The notes under the pieces: model-generated | Told to the model about the DNA's origin: nothing | Databases searched by the model: none | The model's input: the letters and a program-made list of their open reading frames with translations, nothing else | Made by a program: the position numbers and the translations under genes | Virus record (IMG/VR): IMGVR_UViG_2795385955_000003 | Origin: a virus | Taxonomy: Duplodnaviria > Heunggongvirae > Uroviricota > Caudoviricetes | Reading direction: 5' to 3' (one strand) | DNA: 16,121 nucleotides | Shown here: positions 14,770-16,121 of the stretch, piece by piece | Numbering within the stretch: position 1 is the first letter of the stretch | How the letters are laid out: the number at the start of each line of letters is the position of its first letter

Positions 14770-15373
14770 CGTTGTCGACTTCCCATCCACGGTTGGACAT
14801 CTCCGTGGCGAGTCGGTCTAGGTTTGCGCGGTCGAGGTCAATCAAGGCATGTATAGATGCTGGATTCGCGTCTTCGGCGCCGTGATCCAGATGGTTCTGA
14901 GCCATCGCCGCCACCCTTTCGGTACTAGCGATTGCGGATTGCAATTCGTGCCGACGCCGCGATAGTTGAATGCGCCGCATGTTCTCTCGCTCGGCGTCGA
15001 TCTGGGCTGGGTCAACGGCGCCCTCGATTGAGGCCCGACGGACCTCTCCTGAGAACCACCGCGCCGCAGCAATTGAGCGGGCGGGGCGATTGGGCAGCAT
15101 CTCAACTTCACCATCAGGCAGGTCGGGGTAGAGCAGCGCTACGGGCGGCATATCCAGTGCGGCAGCCAGCACGACCAGTTCGGCAACGCCAAGAACACTG
15201 CCACGGTGGCCCGAGTCCAGCTTTGAGATGACCGTGGCGGGTACCCGGTAGCCGAGTTCCGCCGTCCGCTCACTCAGCCATGTGGCCGATCTGCCGCCGC
15301 GGGCCTCCTTCATGGCCTTACCTACCCGCTTGACCAGCTCGGACGCCCAATTGTCATCTCGATCATTCACCAC
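14762..15373 (-). CDS. Xre-type HTH transcriptional regulator (203 aa), probably leaderless
   Basis: VGKAMKEARGGRSATWLSERTAELGYRVPATVISKLDSG..ELVVLAAALD HTH. GTG 15373 is preceded by TCGACA-N17-CATACT-N6; the track start at 15439 is probably too long. Confidence 0.8.
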   Translation of the reverse strand: MVNDRDDNWASELVKRVGKAMKEARGGRSATWLSERTAELGYRVPATVISKLDSGHRGSVLGVAELVVLAAALDMPPVALLYPDLPDGEVEMLPNRPARSIAAARWFSGEVRRASIEGAVDPAQIDAERENMRRIQLSRRRHELQSAIASTERVAAMAQNHLDHGAEDANPASIHALIDLDRANLDRLATEMSNRGWEVDNDA

Positions 15374-15484
15374 ACGCCGAGTATGCGCGGTTTTCTTGCG
15401 TCTGTCGAATTTTGGCGTAGAGTCAGACGTGTCACGCAAGATTCACGAAGGTTCTCTTCGTACCACGAATAACCAGGAGGGAAG
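15374..15484. promoter_or_regulatory. Overlapping divergent promoters with inverted repeats
   Basis: Minus strand: TCGACA (15408-15403)-N17-CATACT (15385-15380). Plus strand: TTGCGT (15396-15401)-N16-TAGAGT (15418-15423). Inverted repeats TCTTGCGT (15394-15401)/ACGCAAGA (15434-15441) and CGTCTGTC/GTCAGACG (one mismatch). Confidence 0.65.
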
Positions 15485-15655
15485 ATGAACGATTGTCCGG
15501 CCGTGCAGCGGGCCCTCGGCGGCGTTAGCAGGTCGACAGTGCGGCGTTTGTGGCGTTCGGGCCAGCTCAAGTCTGTGCAGATCGGATCACGCAGGTTCTC
15601 GACAGATGGCCAGATAGCCGCCTACATAGCCCAGTTAGAAACCGTCGCGGTATGA
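15485..15655 (+). CDS. xis: Excisionase-like HTH_17/MerR-type DNA-binding protein (56 aa; absent from the ORF track)
   Basis: AGGAGG RBS; MNDCPAVQRALGGVSRSTVRRLWRSGQLKSVQIGSRRFSTDGQIAAYIAQLETVAV* shows the xis pattern (SRSTV..L..SG.L..V.IG.RR). Confidence 0.85.
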   Translation: MNDCPAVQRALGGVSRSTVRRLWRSGQLKSVQIGSRRFSTDGQIAAYIAQLETVAV

Positions 15656-15819
15656 GCACACGGCCCCAAGAAGGTCACGCCGATCTTGGCTTGATCGAGG
15701 ACGACCACACTCCAGAAATGCGAATGGCCCCGACCAGTACCGCCAAGCACCAGGTCGAGGGCCACTCCGACTACCTATCTGAGAACAGGAGTCACCATCA
15801 TGATAACCAGCAGTTCTGA
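15652..15819 (+). CDS. Small hypothetical protein (55 aa)
   Basis: ATGA overlap with xis; 3' part of track ORF 15550..15819; no recognisable motif. Confidence 0.4.
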   Translation: MSTRPQEGHADLGLIEDDHTPEMRMAPTSTAKHQVEGHSDYLSENRSHHHDNQQF

Positions 15820-16121
15820 CACTGAGCAACCCTCTCGGTGTCCCGTAGGCATGGCTGACCGGCTGGCGGAAACCACCGGAGCAGGGGCATGCCCCGTACC
15901 GCCGGGGGCTGTCGAGGTGAGCCGGTGGTACATCACCGAAGGGGATTTCAGCAAGCCCTACACCCGCACCATCGAGGGAAAGCCTGTAGCCCTTGAGGAT
16001 TGGGTGCGTTTCGTGCCCTCGTGCATCCAATCATCCAATGGAACAACACGTTCCGTTGTTGTGGCGTTGGAACGTACCAGCTATGACGGTCGCTGGCTGG
16101 ACACCGGCCTCGGGCTCAACG
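15800..16121 (+). CDS. Hypothetical protein, 3'-truncated by the window
   Basis: AGGAG RBS near 15787-15791, ATG at 15800, frame open to the window end (MITSSSDTEQPSRCPVGMADRLAETTGAGACPVPPGAVEVSRWY...). Confidence 0.68.
   Translation, partial: MITSSSDTEQPSRCPVGMADRLAETTGAGACPVPPGAVEVSRWYITEGDFSKPYTRTIEGKPVALEDWVRFVPSCIQSSNGTTRSVVVALERTSYDGRWLDTGLGLN

Larger units (their letters stand above)
13502..16121. mobile_element. Second integrative element (satellite/PICI-like or genomic island), left end
   Basis: Its own integrase ends 67 bp from the att core, followed by an Xre-type regulator, a divergent excisionase and small ORFs. Continues beyond the window. Confidence 0.78.

Noticed and set aside
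15374-15439. N-terminal 22 aa of the track ORF 14762..15439
   Set aside because: Overlaps the predicted promoters of both divergent genes; the leaderless GTG at 15373 fits better.
13585-15824. TCTGACACT occurring near the att arm and again near 15816
   Set aside because: The second copy lies inside coding sequence; two 9-mers 2.2 kb apart are compatible with chance.

Overview
Right-hand end of a temperate mycobacteriophage-type prophage in a high-GC actinobacterial host; a lysin B gene implies a mycolate-containing envelope. Order on the + strand: minor tail genes (1-1812), lysis cassette (lysA, lysB, holin, DUF2746-like gene; 1965-5258) and a strong terminator. An accessory region follows: a small HTH gene, a type VII (ESX)-substrate/effector/lipoprotein cassette, a second lipoprotein, a DUF932-like gene and small ORFs. 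It ends with a leftward arm-less tyrosine integrase and a 37-bp att core equal to the 3' half of a tRNA-Arg (13502-13538). Read on the minus strand through that core is the orphaned C-terminal tail of a repressor ending in AAA*, the signature of integration-dependent immunity. Right of the core a second, satellite/island-like element begins (integrase, Xre-type HTH, divergent excisionase), apparently stacked at the same tRNA site. The most striking unexplained structure is a 16-bp palindrome, GTATAG-YRCG-CTATAC, present three times. Each copy overlaps a predicted promoter: for the HTH gene, the 9575 gene and the DUF932-like operon. This suggests a small autoregulated regulon split by the ESX toxin-like cassette. 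All family assignments are from motif recognition by eye; no database searches were run.
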